Of a stretch of 64,000 nt of DNA, positions 55,274 to 64,000 are shown piece after piece. The position numbers were made by a program, and so were the translations under genes. This DNA is from an uncultured Bacteroidales bacterium. GTDB taxonomy: Bacteria > Bacteroidota > Bacteroidia > Bacteroidales > UBA4417. The stretch covers positions 6,837-70,836 of the forward strand of contig CAIPFN010000211.1 in NCBI GenBank assembly GCA_903864265.1, written 5' to 3'. The notes beneath the pieces were generated by a model, which ran no database searches, was not told the origin of the DNA, and saw only the letters and a program-made list of their open reading frames with translations. Position 1 is the stretch's first letter. The number at the start of each line of letters is the position of its first letter.

Positions 55274-56533
55274 CTAATCTTCGAGTATGGCCTTCACTCC
55301 CGGCAGCACTTTGCCTTCGATGGATTCGAGCATGGCGCCGCCCCCGGTGGAAACGTAGCTGACTTTGTCGCCCAGTTTAAACTTATTAACTGCCGCCACC
55401 GAATCGCCGCCGCCCACAAGCGAGAAAGCTCCGTTAGCCGTGGATTCGGCTATAGCCAGGGCTATTTGTTTAGTGCCTTTCTGGAAGTTACACATCTCGA
55501 AAACGCCCATAGGCCCGTTCCAGAGAATGGTTTTGGATGCCAGCAGCACTTCAGTTAAATGTTGAATGCTTTCGGGACCAATATCCAGGCCCAGCCAGCC
55601 GTCAGGGATTTCGTCGGATTTGCAGATCTGTCGTTCGGCATCGTCGGCAAAAGCATTGGCGGCAACGGCATCGGAAGGAATAATGATATTCACGCCGAGT
55701 TTTTCAGCTCCGTCCATTATGTTCCTGGCCAGTTCGAGGTATTCGGGTTCCACCAGCGAACCGCCTATGTTACCGCCCCGGGCTTTGATAAAGGTAAACA
55801 TCATGCCTCCGCCTATAATCAGGTTATCGACTTTACTCAACAGGTTGTTGATGATTTCGATCTTGCTCGAAACCTTGGCCCCGCCAAGCACGGCTGTAAA
55901 AGGATGCTGTGCTTCGTGCAATACTTTTGTGATGTTGCTTACCTCGTTGTTCATCAGGTAACCGAACATTTTGTCGTTGGGGAAATAAGCGGCAACCAGC
56001 GCCGTTGAAGCATGGGCACGGTGAGCCGTTCCGTAAGCGTCGTTAACGTAGCAATCGGCATAACTGGCCAGTTTCTTTGTAAACTCTTTCTGAGCCGCTT
56101 TTACACGCACTTTTGCTGCGGCTTTTTCTTCATCTGTTGCCGTTTCCGGCAAACGGGCTTTTCCTTCTTCTTCCTCGTAATACCGCAGGTTTTCGAGCAA
56201 AAGCACTTCGCCCGGTTTCAGGTTGGCCGAAAGTTCAACAGCCGATGGGCCCATACAATCGTCAGCGAATTTTACAGTGGTATTCAGCACCTTCTCCAGG
56301 TATGGAACCAGGTGACGGAGCGAAAGTTTGGGTTCGCCGATTTTCTTGGGCCTGCCCAGGTGCGAACATAATATGGTTGAACCACCGCCGGCCAGTATTT
56401 TACGGATGGTCGGCAAAGCGGCATCAATCCGGGTAGCATCGGTAATCATCTGATTGTCGTCGAGCGGAACGTTAAAATCAACCCTGATCAGGGCACGTTT
56501 TCCGGTAAAGTCGTAGGTTTCAATGTTTTTCAT
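55274..56533 (-). CDS. pgk: Phosphoglycerate kinase
   Basis: 419 aa. Contains the RVDFNVPL N-terminal motif, the [12 protein letters not shown]...STGGGA C-terminal domain motifs, and is collinear with PGK over its full length. Confidence 0.97.
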   Translation of the reverse strand: MKNIETYDFTGKRALIRVDFNVPLDDNQMITDATRIDAALPTIRKILAGGGSTILCSHLGRPKKIGEPKLSLRHLVPYLEKVLNTTVKFADDCMGPSAVELSANLKPGEVLLLENLRYYEEEEGKARLPETATDEEKAAAKVRVKAAQKEFTKKLASYADCYVNDAYGTAHRAHASTALVAAYFPNDKMFGYLMNNEVSNITKVLHEAQHPFTAVLGGAKVSSKIEIINNLLSKVDNLIIGGGMMFTFIKARGGNIGGSLVEPEYLELARNIMDGAEKLGVNIIIPSDAVAANAFADDAERQICKSDEIPDGWLGLDIGPESIQHLTEVLLASKTILWNGPMGVFEMCNFQKGTKQIALAIAESTANGAFSLVGGGDSVAAVNKFKLGDKVSYVSTGGGAMLESIEGKVLPGVKAILED

Positions 56534-56899
56534 ATATTAAGAATTTGAAATTTCGGATTTGCGAAGGTAAAGAATAATTTAAGAATTTGAAAATACCTAA
56601 ATGCGGAAATTTGGAAAGGCATGAAAGTGAAATCCGGGAATATGAGCATCAGAAGCCATGGCGAAGACTGTTGAGTTGAAAGAATAGCCACAGAAAATAA
56701 GTGAGTGTGATTTAGTTCATAATACGATTCCAGGGATTCTGACAGAATTCCCTCCCGGAAGTCAAAGCAATACATATCAATAGGTCTGATTCTTATGCTT
56801 GATGTTATGCCTTTAAAGAACTTTAAGGACTTTTGTTGTGATGATCCGAAATGAGTCTAAATAATAATCAGCTGTGGATTCATATTATTTACGTAAAAG

Positions 56900-56931
56900 T
56901 TTGAATTACGTATCTGTATAATGTATATTTG
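56900..56931 (+). promoter_or_regulatory. Promoter candidate for the SPFH gene (-33 TTTG, -7 TATATTTG)
   Basis: TTTG (56900-56903), a 20-nt spacer, TATATTTG (56924-56931), then 58 nt to ATG 56990. Confidence 0.5.
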
Positions 56932-56989
56932 TACCTAAGCAAATTCATATCATTCACATTCATTTAATTCTAATTTAACATCGGCAATT

Positions 56990-57889
56990 ATGGAAAATCT
57001 GTTATCTATCATCCTGGGAATCTTAGTCCTGCTTTTCTTTGCAGGAATACGTATTATCAGGCCTACAAACCGCGCATTGGTTGAGAGGCTTGGCAAATAC
57101 CATCATTTTGCGCCTCCGGGTTTCAACTGGATTATTCCCGGGATTGACAAAATGTATAAGATTAACATCACCGAAAAAATGATCAATGCCGAGCCTCAGG
57201 AAATCATCACCAACGATAACCTGAATGCAAGCGTGGATGCGCAGGTGTATTTCAAAATCAGGCCTGACGAGGAAAGCGTAAAGAACTCCCAGTACAACGT
57301 GAACAGCATCGAATACCAGATCGTGAACCTGGCCCGCACTACCCTGCGTAACATTATCGGTACCATGACGCTTAAATCGGCCAACAGCGAGCGCGGGAAA
57401 ATCAACAAGGAACTGCACGGCACCCTGCTCGAAGAAACCGCGAACTGGGGAATTGAAATAGTGCGTACCGAGTTGAAGGAAATTGATCCGCCCAAGGATG
57501 TGCAGGAAACCATGAATAAAATTGTGAAGGCCGAAAATGAAAAGATAGCGGCCATCGACTATGCCACTGCCACCGAAACCAAAGCCGACGGTGAAAAACG
57601 GGCCGAAATCCGTCGTGCCGAAGGCATCAAGCAGGCCGCCATTCTTCGTGCCGAAGGGGAAGCTCAGGCGATTCAGCTGGTGAACGAAGCCGCCGAGAAA
57701 TATTTTGTCGGAAATGCCCAGATGCTGCGCAGGATACAGGCTATGGAGACTTCGTTGAAGGACAATTCGAAAATCGTAGTGCCTACCGGTTCCGACCTGG
57801 TAAATGTGATGGGTGAAATGGGCGGTGTAATTCCCATCCGATCCAAATCAGATAAAGATGCCCCGCCAAGTACTTTCGTAAAGCAGTAA
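56990..57889 (+). CDS. SPFH/band-7 (stomatin-like) domain protein
   Basis: 299 aa with an N-terminal TM. The SPFH core (IIRPTNRALVERLGKY..., VDAQVYFKI, ...) is followed by an Ala/Glu-rich coiled coil (AEIRRAEGIKQAAILRAEGEAQAI). Confidence 0.9.
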   Translation: MENLLSIILGILVLLFFAGIRIIRPTNRALVERLGKYHHFAPPGFNWIIPGIDKMYKINITEKMINAEPQEIITNDNLNASVDAQVYFKIRPDEESVKNSQYNVNSIEYQIVNLARTTLRNIIGTMTLKSANSERGKINKELHGTLLEETANWGIEIVRTELKEIDPPKDVQETMNKIVKAENEKIAAIDYATATETKADGEKRAEIRRAEGIKQAAILRAEGEAQAIQLVNEAAEKYFVGNAQMLRRIQAMETSLKDNSKIVVPTGSDLVNVMGEMGGVIPIRSKSDKDAPPSTFVKQ

Positions 57890-57910
57890 ATAGCCGGGCT
57901 TAATAATACC

Positions 57911-57982
57911 AGGTACGATTAACGGGGTGCAATTGCACGGTATACCTGTTAATCGTACCTTAGTATGTGCCCCGGGCATACT
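57911..57982. other. Nested palindromic structure between convergent SPFH and response-regulator genes
   Basis: 13-bp stem AGGTACGATTAAC (57911-57923) pairs with GTTAATCGTACCT (57948-57960). It encloses the 12-bp palindrome GTGCAATTGCAC. A second hairpin AGTATG..CATACT (57962-57982) follows immediately. Confidence 0.5.
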
Positions 57983-58023
57983 TAATTTCAGCAGGCTGCA
58001 GGTAAACCAGCGGACTCGGGAAT

Positions 58024-58737
58024 TCAGGATTTATCGACCCATTTATTCTGATAGGCTAAAGAAATCACTTGTGCCTTGGAGTTCACATGCAATTTGGTAT
58101 AAATATTTGCTATGTGCTTCCGGATGGTGAGCGGATTAACATCTAAAATCTCAGCAATTCGCTTGGCATCGTATCCATTTACCAGGTTTTGCAAGACCTC
58201 CCGCTCCCGGTCGGTGAGCAGCCGAAGAATTTTATCCTCTTCATTGGCAGCAACCATGGGCCTGGTTAACATTCTCAATGCTTTACGTGCAATAGCCGGA
58301 CTCATGGGCGCACCTCCGTATTCCAATACTTCCGTTATGGCATCATGTACCGACAAATAGCTGGCATGCTTTAACAAATAGCCTACGGCTCCTGCTTTTA
58401 TAGCTTCAAAAATATAGTCTTCATCCTCGAATACGGTTAAAACAATATAATTAATAAGGTTGCTGTGTGCTTTCGCTAATCGGATGGTGTCAATTCCATT
58501 CATACCGGGCATCTGAATATCCATAAATACCACCTCAGGGAATAAGTTGGAGGGCATAGCGCTGATTTTATCCAGATATTCTTCTCCCGAAGATGCCAGA
58601 ATCGTTAGTTTCAGATCAGGAAACAGTTTGAGATTTTGAGCAAAATTCTGTTGGTTTACACGGTTGTCTTCAACTAACCCGATTCTGATATGTTTTGCTT
58701 CACTATCCACGGTTTTTAAACTTTTAGTATTCAACAT
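58024..58737 (-). CDS. NarL/LuxR-family response regulator
   Basis: 237 aa with a receiver domain (VEDNRVN..., phospho-Asp context VFMDIQMPGMNG). The C-terminal LuxR HTH is LTDREREVLQNLVNGYDAKRIAEILDVNPLTIRKHIANIYTKL. Its ATG abuts the kinase TAA (TAAATG). Confidence 0.92.
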   Translation of the reverse strand: MLNTKSLKTVDSEAKHIRIGLVEDNRVNQQNFAQNLKLFPDLKLTILASSGEEYLDKISAMPSNLFPEVVFMDIQMPGMNGIDTIRLAKAHSNLINYIVLTVFEDEDYIFEAIKAGAVGYLLKHASYLSVHDAITEVLEYGGAPMSPAIARKALRMLTRPMVAANEEDKILRLLTDREREVLQNLVNGYDAKRIAEILDVNPLTIRKHIANIYTKLHVNSKAQVISLAYQNKWVDKS

Positions 58738-60678
58738 TTACAATTCCGGTTCTGAATCATTACTTTTAAATACAATCTCAGTTCCCGAAGGTGCTATCCG
58801 ATTCCACAGTACGTTAAAATTGGATGTTTTTGCCCTGAGTCTCAAATTGCCGATTCCATTTCCTTCAATGGGATTGTCCATATCAAATCCCACCCCGTTG
58901 TCACTTATGCTTACCAGCCATTCGTTGCTGGCAGCGCAGTGGAAATATATTCTTAACTCGGTACAATCACTGTGTTTCAGCGCATTGTTCAGGGCTTCCT
59001 TCAGCACTAAAAACAGATTCAGGATTTTGATGGGAGTTAATGCGATATCCTCATTTATATTTTCCGTAATGAAATACTTTATGTTGGGGTAGTTCTTCAT
59101 GACCCGTTGTATCCAGAGTTTAAACCGATCAGCCAGATTGATAAAAAGTAGTTTTTCGTTTTTTAACACCCAGATGGTATCGTTTAGTTGATTCATAATT
59201 TCAGTGGCATTGGTGTTCAGTTGCTCCAATACCTCCGCCTGGTCTGTATTCCCATTTTTAAAAGTCTTAACACCCGAACAGATAGCGGCTACATGAGTCC
59301 CTAAATTATCATGCAGGTCGGCGGCAATTCTTTTCCTTTCATTCTCCTCTGCTTTACGCACCGCTTCTTCAGCCCTCTTGTTTTGCGCCAGGGTAAGTGC
59401 ATCCAATTTTCGTTTCTGGGTGTGTTTGAAGTTTAAATAAATAAACGCGAAAAGAACAATGGTTAATAGCAATAACGTTCCCAACCCAAAAGCGAGATAC
59501 CTGTTTTGGAGAATACGGTTTTGTTGCTGTATGATGATGTTCTCACTCTTCTGGTACTGGTATTTCCCTTCTAAATCGGCTAAAGCTTTGGCTGTGTTGT
59601 TACGGTATAAGGAATCTTTCAGAATCAGGAGGGTAGAAAGTGTAGCGGCATATTCCGAGGCTTTATGGCTTTGCTTATAATTTTCGGCCAGTGCATCATA
59701 GAGGTAAATTATTTTAGACAGATGATTTTCGCCCTGTGCTCTTGCAATACCTTTATGAGCCAGTGCAATTCCTTTATCGCACTGATGCGAAGTGGCATAA
59801 AACAGGGCCAGTTGTGCCATATCCGAAAGCACATAATATTCGTCACCTATTTTCTCCCTGATGCTCAGCGACTCTTCCAGATCGCCCTGTGCTTTTTCAG
59901 TTTTCTTTAGGTTCATGTATATATCAGCCCTGATATTTAAGGCATTGGCTATCATGGTTAAGTTTTCTGCTTTCTTAGCCTGTTCCAGTCCTTCGTTGAT
60001 GATCACTAAAGCTTTTTCAAAGTTGAAAACATTATTGTAACAAGAGCCGAGGTTAACATAAAGAGCGGGATTCTGAATAAAATAAGATTGGGTATTGGTA
60101 AAGTTTCTACCCTTCTCGAGCCACTTTATGGCTTCTTCATCCTTTCCAAGCTCCATATTGGCCCAACCCAGAATGGAAAAAGCCGCGAGAGCCGTTGTAG
60201 TGTCATTCATGGTTTCAGCCTTCCCTAGCATATTAAACAGAATTGCTATGGCCTCTTTTGCCTGTCCCTTTCTGATCAGCGCCTTACTTTTTTCCATCAG
60301 CATGCTTTGGAATATCTGCATATTATGCCTCACAGCCGGAATATTTAAAACACTGTCAGTTAGGGCTATGGCAGCCTCATTTTGCTCTGCCTTACTTAAA
60401 TAGGAAGCTTCAAAGCGGAGAAACCGCAGGTATTCCAGACTTTTTTTAGGCGACATCTCTAAACCCATCCGAACGTATTTACGTAAACTGTCCAATGGAA
60501 ACGAATGATTTTGTGCACAGATTTTCAATAATACCTCCTGCCTGGATTTCAGATTTTGTGAGAGAAGCAGGTCCTTTTTCAAGGATTTCAGGTTAGCTGT
60601 CTGGGCGAAACCTATGCCATCCCAAAATGAGATGACAGCCAGAAATACAAATCCGGTAACAACAAGTTTTATCCCCAT
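58738..60678 (-). CDS. TPR-repeat sensor histidine kinase (HisKA_3 + HATPase_c)
   Basis: 646 aa with a signal/anchor, about 8 TPR-like repeats and one TM (YLAFGLGTLLLLTIVLFAFIYL). The H-box is RKRIAADLHDNLGTHV and the ATPase G-box is SDNGVGFD. Confidence 0.9.
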   Translation of the reverse strand: MGIKLVVTGFVFLAVISFWDGIGFAQTANLKSLKKDLLLSQNLKSRQEVLLKICAQNHSFPLDSLRKYVRMGLEMSPKKSLEYLRFLRFEASYLSKAEQNEAAIALTDSVLNIPAVRHNMQIFQSMLMEKSKALIRKGQAKEAIAILFNMLGKAETMNDTTTALAAFSILGWANMELGKDEEAIKWLEKGRNFTNTQSYFIQNPALYVNLGSCYNNVFNFEKALVIINEGLEQAKKAENLTMIANALNIRADIYMNLKKTEKAQGDLEESLSIREKIGDEYYVLSDMAQLALFYATSHQCDKGIALAHKGIARAQGENHLSKIIYLYDALAENYKQSHKASEYAATLSTLLILKDSLYRNNTAKALADLEGKYQYQKSENIIIQQQNRILQNRYLAFGLGTLLLLTIVLFAFIYLNFKHTQKRKLDALTLAQNKRAEEAVRKAEENERKRIAADLHDNLGTHVAAICSGVKTFKNGNTDQAEVLEQLNTNATEIMNQLNDTIWVLKNEKLLFINLADRFKLWIQRVMKNYPNIKYFITENINEDIALTPIKILNLFLVLKEALNNALKHSDCTELRIYFHCAASNEWLVSISDNGVGFDMDNPIEGNGIGNLRLRAKTSNFNVLWNRIAPSGTEIVFKSNDSEPEL

Positions 60679-60847
60679 ATCCTAACAAAAATACACCTAT
60701 TTCAAATGAAATCGTGTATTTGTGGTATTACTTTCGCAAATCCTGGTATTTGCCCGGGTATATAAGTAATCTGAAGGATTCAGAATCATCAATGAAAATG
60801 TACATTCTTTTGGTAAAGGTGTCCTTAGCTGGATTTAATAAATCAGC

Positions 60848-61588
60848 CTAATCAACTGCATCCCTGACGCAACGGATAGAGAACCCATCCACCTTTGGAT
60901 TGCTGGCTCTGAGCAAAGTGGGATTATCGGTATACATAGCCCTCATCCAGGCACTGCCATCGTTAATCCCGGTAGCACACCACCAGTAAGCGAGATAGTC
61001 AATATACCGGAACATTCCGTTGAAATAACAGCTGCCCGGGAGGGCCGTAAAACCGCTGGTATTGTTTTTTGAAATATCGTTGCCCACAGCATCAATTGTT
61101 ATGGAGGGAACCCAATCGGTTTTTGAAGCTAAGGCTTTGGCCTGCGAGCCCGAAGCGCCTGCATGGGCAGCAATATAATTGAGCAACGTGGTCCATTCGG
61201 CATCAGTAGCTACATGCCAGCCTTCCGGTGCTATGTTGCGGCCATCAGCTGCTGCGTACCAGTTATAGAGCCGGCCATATTTATTTCCGGCCGCTGCATC
61301 GTTATTATAGTTGCAATATGCCCCGGTTGTCAGCCCGTTCCACAAAATGCCCTCCTTGTTTTCAGGAATAGCATCCCCATTGCGGTACCGGGTTGTTTTC
61401 AGGTTTTCAAGCATCCACACCTGAGTACCTATAGTTATAGCATGATACACATTGCCGTCGAGGTCAAAAACGGTATCACCCGGTTTTTGAATATTGTTAC
61501 TATCGCTTTTCCTGCAACTGTTGGCAAGCAAAAAAAACAATCCGATAATTGCAATCCGGCAAATAAAATGCCTGCTTCTTCTTTTCAT
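60848..61588 (-). CDS. FISUMP (Fibrobacter succinogenes major paralogous) domain lipoprotein
   Basis: 246 aa with lipobox LLANSC. Hallmark segments: DGNVYHAITIGTQVWMLENLKTTRYRNG, YGRLYNWYAA, PEGWHVATDAEW, ...GFSIRCVRD. Confidence 0.88.
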   Translation of the reverse strand: MKRRSRHFICRIAIIGLFFLLANSCRKSDSNNIQKPGDTVFDLDGNVYHAITIGTQVWMLENLKTTRYRNGDAIPENKEGILWNGLTTGAYCNYNNDAAAGNKYGRLYNWYAAADGRNIAPEGWHVATDAEWTTLLNYIAAHAGASGSQAKALASKTDWVPSITIDAVGNDISKNNTSGFTALPGSCYFNGMFRYIDYLAYWWCATGINDGSAWMRAMYTDNPTLLRASNPKVDGFSIRCVRDAVD

Positions 61589-61675
61589 AATTGCCTGGTT
61601 TTAATATTCATTTTCAATAGGTTACAATTGGCTTCATGGTTAAATTCTCAATTCCGGCAAATTAAACGGGGAAAA

Positions 61676-62440
61676 TTAATCTTTTACACAACGCACAGAA
61701 AAGCCAGCTCCCTTTCCGCCGTAGAAACTGTAAACGTTGCTAATGCTAAAGTTCATGAGCCGGCTCCAGGCATCGCTTGTATTATACTCTGACGAATTCC
61801 ACCAATACCCAATGCTTCCAATCCATTTAAAGGATCCATCGTAATCGCGCAAACCACCCGGAAGAGCTGAAAAACCGGTTACATTTCTTTTCGCCGAATA
61901 ATCAATATTGCCAACATTGCCTGTTCCGTTAGCTGTTTTCCAGTTCGTGCTGGCTGCCAGGGCTTTGGCTATTTTATTATTCGTAAGTCTGTCTCCATCA
62001 GTTGAGCCGTCATAATTATACCCGTTATTTACCAGGTAATTTTCAAGGGTCGACCATTCGGCATCAGTTGGCACATGCCAGCCGGCCGGGCATAGTTTAC
62101 CTGACCCTACAGCGTATTCGTTGTATAGTGCACCATACGTGTCCTTATAGGAAGCCGCATCGTTATTATACCAACAATAGGAAGGGCTGCTTAAAGTACC
62201 CCATGCCGCATCAACGGGAATATTGGGAATTGCTGTACCATCATTGAAACGGGTCGTTTTCAGGTTTTCAACCATCCATACTTGTGTACCTATGGTTACA
62301 CTATGGTAAATATTACCATCTGCATCAGTAATTGCATTTGAATGAACATTGCTATCTTCCTTCTTACAACTGAAAATAAAAATTAAAAACATTCCAATTA
62401 TAACTGATGCGCCAAAAAATATTTTGTTGCTATGTTTCAT
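61676..62440 (-). CDS. FISUMP domain lipoprotein (tandem paralog)
   Basis: I start it at ATG 62440 (MKHSNKIFFGASVIIGMFLIFIFSCKK). It has the same hallmark segments: DGNIYHSVTIGTQVWMVENLKTTRFNDG, YGALYNEYAV, PAGWHVPTDAEW, GFSVRCVKD. Confidence 0.88.
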   Translation of the reverse strand: MKHSNKIFFGASVIIGMFLIFIFSCKKEDSNVHSNAITDADGNIYHSVTIGTQVWMVENLKTTRFNDGTAIPNIPVDAAWGTLSSPSYCWYNNDAASYKDTYGALYNEYAVGSGKLCPAGWHVPTDAEWSTLENYLVNNGYNYDGSTDGDRLTNNKIAKALAASTNWKTANGTGNVGNIDYSAKRNVTGFSALPGGLRDYDGSFKWIGSIGYWWNSSEYNTSDAWSRLMNFSISNVYSFYGGKGAGFSVRCVKD

Positions 62441-62595
62441 AATTACCTGTTTAGTAGTACATTGAAAAATGCTATTGATTCTCATTCAACAATTGATGCC
62501 AGCTCTGTATTTTGAACCGGGGCATCATCAGTTTAATTCCTTCGTTAAGGGTTCCTGTTTTGAAGTAAGCTGTAAACAAACAGTTTTTTTACCCT

Positions 62596-64000
62596 CTACT
62601 TCAATAAAACCATTCGTTTCATCTCAAAACTTCCATCGGTCACTAACTTACAGTAATACGTTCCGGGCACCAGCTTACTGCCATCGATGTCAACCTCAAA
62701 TGTTCCCGGGTGGAGCTTTTCGTTTACCAGTGTTAAAACATCTCTGCCCATGATATCAGCGATGGTAACTTTAACAATTGCTGATTTCGAAATCTGAAAT
62801 TTAAATTTTGTGCTTTGAATAAATGGATTAGGAAAATTTTGTTCCAGGTGTGAAGTTGTTGGTTTACTTGCTGAAATCTCAGATATTCCAAGCGATGGAT
62901 TGTGAAAAAACCATACTGCTCCCTGACCGCCGTTATCAAATGGACCTGATTCGATAAAAGTACCTTCCGAAGATATAGCAACCGACCATCCTTGCCGGGC
63001 TGGTGACACAGCTCCTGTGCCAAGAATGGGCGCGCTTTGTTTTGTCCAAAATCCCTCCACTTCGTGTGAAAGTCCATACTTTCCCGATTGAGTTGTCAGC
63101 TCCGGGACTGCATACCAGGGCTGTATTCCCATCCGGCGCCATGGCAACTGAACGGCCCACCAGGATTGGTGATGTAGAGCCTTCTGCATAAAGTTTTGGT
63201 CCTTGCTGTGACCAAATACCATTGCTACGGGTGAAAACCCAGACTGCTCCCTCGTTAAGAAAATCGCCGGGGCCGCCTGTGATAACGGTATTCCCATCAT
63301 ACGAAATGGCAACGGAAGAACCTTGTTGCGAGGCATCAATACTTTCGGAACCAACAAGTTTTTCTCCTTGCTGCACCCATTCATTGCCGCTGCGGGTAAA
63401 TACCCACACTGCTCCCAGGTAGCCATTATCCACTGTTGCTCCTGTAACAAAAGTATTTCCGTCGCCTGAAATAGCCAGGGAAGCTCCCTGGTTCGTTGGC
63501 CCGGTTCCACCGGTTCCAACCAGTTTTGTTCCATGCTGAGTCCATATATCGCCATTACGTGTAAATACCCATACCGCTCCTGTTGCATTATCTCCCGAGC
63601 CGCCCACTAAGGCAGTATTGCCGTCAGAAGATAATGCAACCGATGTTCCCTGAAGAATCTGACCCGTTCCAGCACCCGTACCTACGAGTTTTGAGCCCTG
63701 CTGTGACCAGACACCTGAGTTCCGATTGAATATCCATAGCGCTCCTATGTCATTGTTGTCTCTCCAGCCACTTTCAATAACCGTATTGCCATCAGCAGAA
63801 ATGGCAACCGAATAGCCCTGATATACAAAATCGGCGGTGCCGCCGGTACCAACAAGCTTTGTACCCTGCTGCGACCAAACACCTGCATCGCGGGTATAGA
63901 TCCAGATTGCACCCTGCTGGGAATTGTCATAAATACCCCCAACCACAGCCGTATTCCCATCGGATGAAATAGCAACTGAAGATCCCTGAAAACAATCTGC
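62596..64000 (-). pseudogene. T9SS-sorted FG-GAP-like repeat protein, reading frame broken at an A4/T4 run (63048-63051); 5' end outside the window
   Basis: At least 7 tandem ~55-aa repeats (QG.SVAIS.DGNT...GAVWVFTR..G.W.QQG.KLVGTG) in the frame of ORF 62936..63946. This frame stays open to the window edge. The last repeat and the T9SS CTD (NFPNPF...GTYYCKL) continue in the frame of ORF 62596..63588. Deleting one T in GGG ATT TTG G restores ...FTRSGGIWTKQSAPILGTG. Confidence 0.75.

Noticed and set aside
1-64000. Search for CRISPR arrays, tRNA/rRNA/tmRNA genes, IS elements, integrases, phage or conjugation modules, and known defence-system signatures.
   Set aside because: I found no periodic repeat-spacer pattern and no T-loop/acceptor-stem candidates that fold. 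There is no transposase-, recombinase- or reverse-transcriptase-like ORF. The only phage-like element is the isolated S74-domain tail-fibre-like gene.

Overview
This 64-kb chromosomal segment looks like a Bacteroidota genome. Three proteins end in T9SS type-A C-terminal sorting domains, many ORFs carry lipoprotein or signal peptides, and TAnnTTTG -7 boxes precede several genes. The family content also fits: S46 dipeptidyl-peptidases, FISUMP lipoproteins, and TPR-anchored LuxR and HisKA_3 regulators. There are about 40 densely packed protein genes. I saw no rRNA, tRNA, CRISPR array, transposase or integrase. Left third: a TetR-TolC-MFP-RND efflux operon, lnt, a carboxyltransferase lacking a biotin domain, an exported atypical-M49 plus S46 peptidase pair, VF530, SulP and PPK2. 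Middle: a TPR-TM-LuxR regulator followed by a possible 56-aa sORF and two very large T9SS cargo proteins, then nhaA, an M64 peptidase, an amber-interrupted tail-fibre/S74-chaperone gene and a GH13 amylase. The middle also holds an orphan two-gene module behind a 1-kb ORF-poor leader, a divergent Omp85-like/acyltransferase pair, and a frameshifted second S46 peptidase. Right third: manC, SprT-like, mlaEF, cvpA, pgk, SPFH, a TPR-HisKA_3 kinase with a NarL-type regulator, two tandem FISUMP lipoproteins, and a frameshifted FG-GAP-like T9SS repeat protein that runs off the window. I found no decisive new system. The best candidates are the orphan secreted Cys-rich protein with an ATGA-coupled 4-TM protein and its unusual leader (35.9-39.1 kb), and the two sensor-plus-secreted-cargo clusters (20.5-30 kb and 58-64 kb). 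Three genes carry precisely mappable lesions: one in-frame TAG and two 1-nt frameshifts. All family and domain calls are by eye from the translations; nothing was searched or computed.
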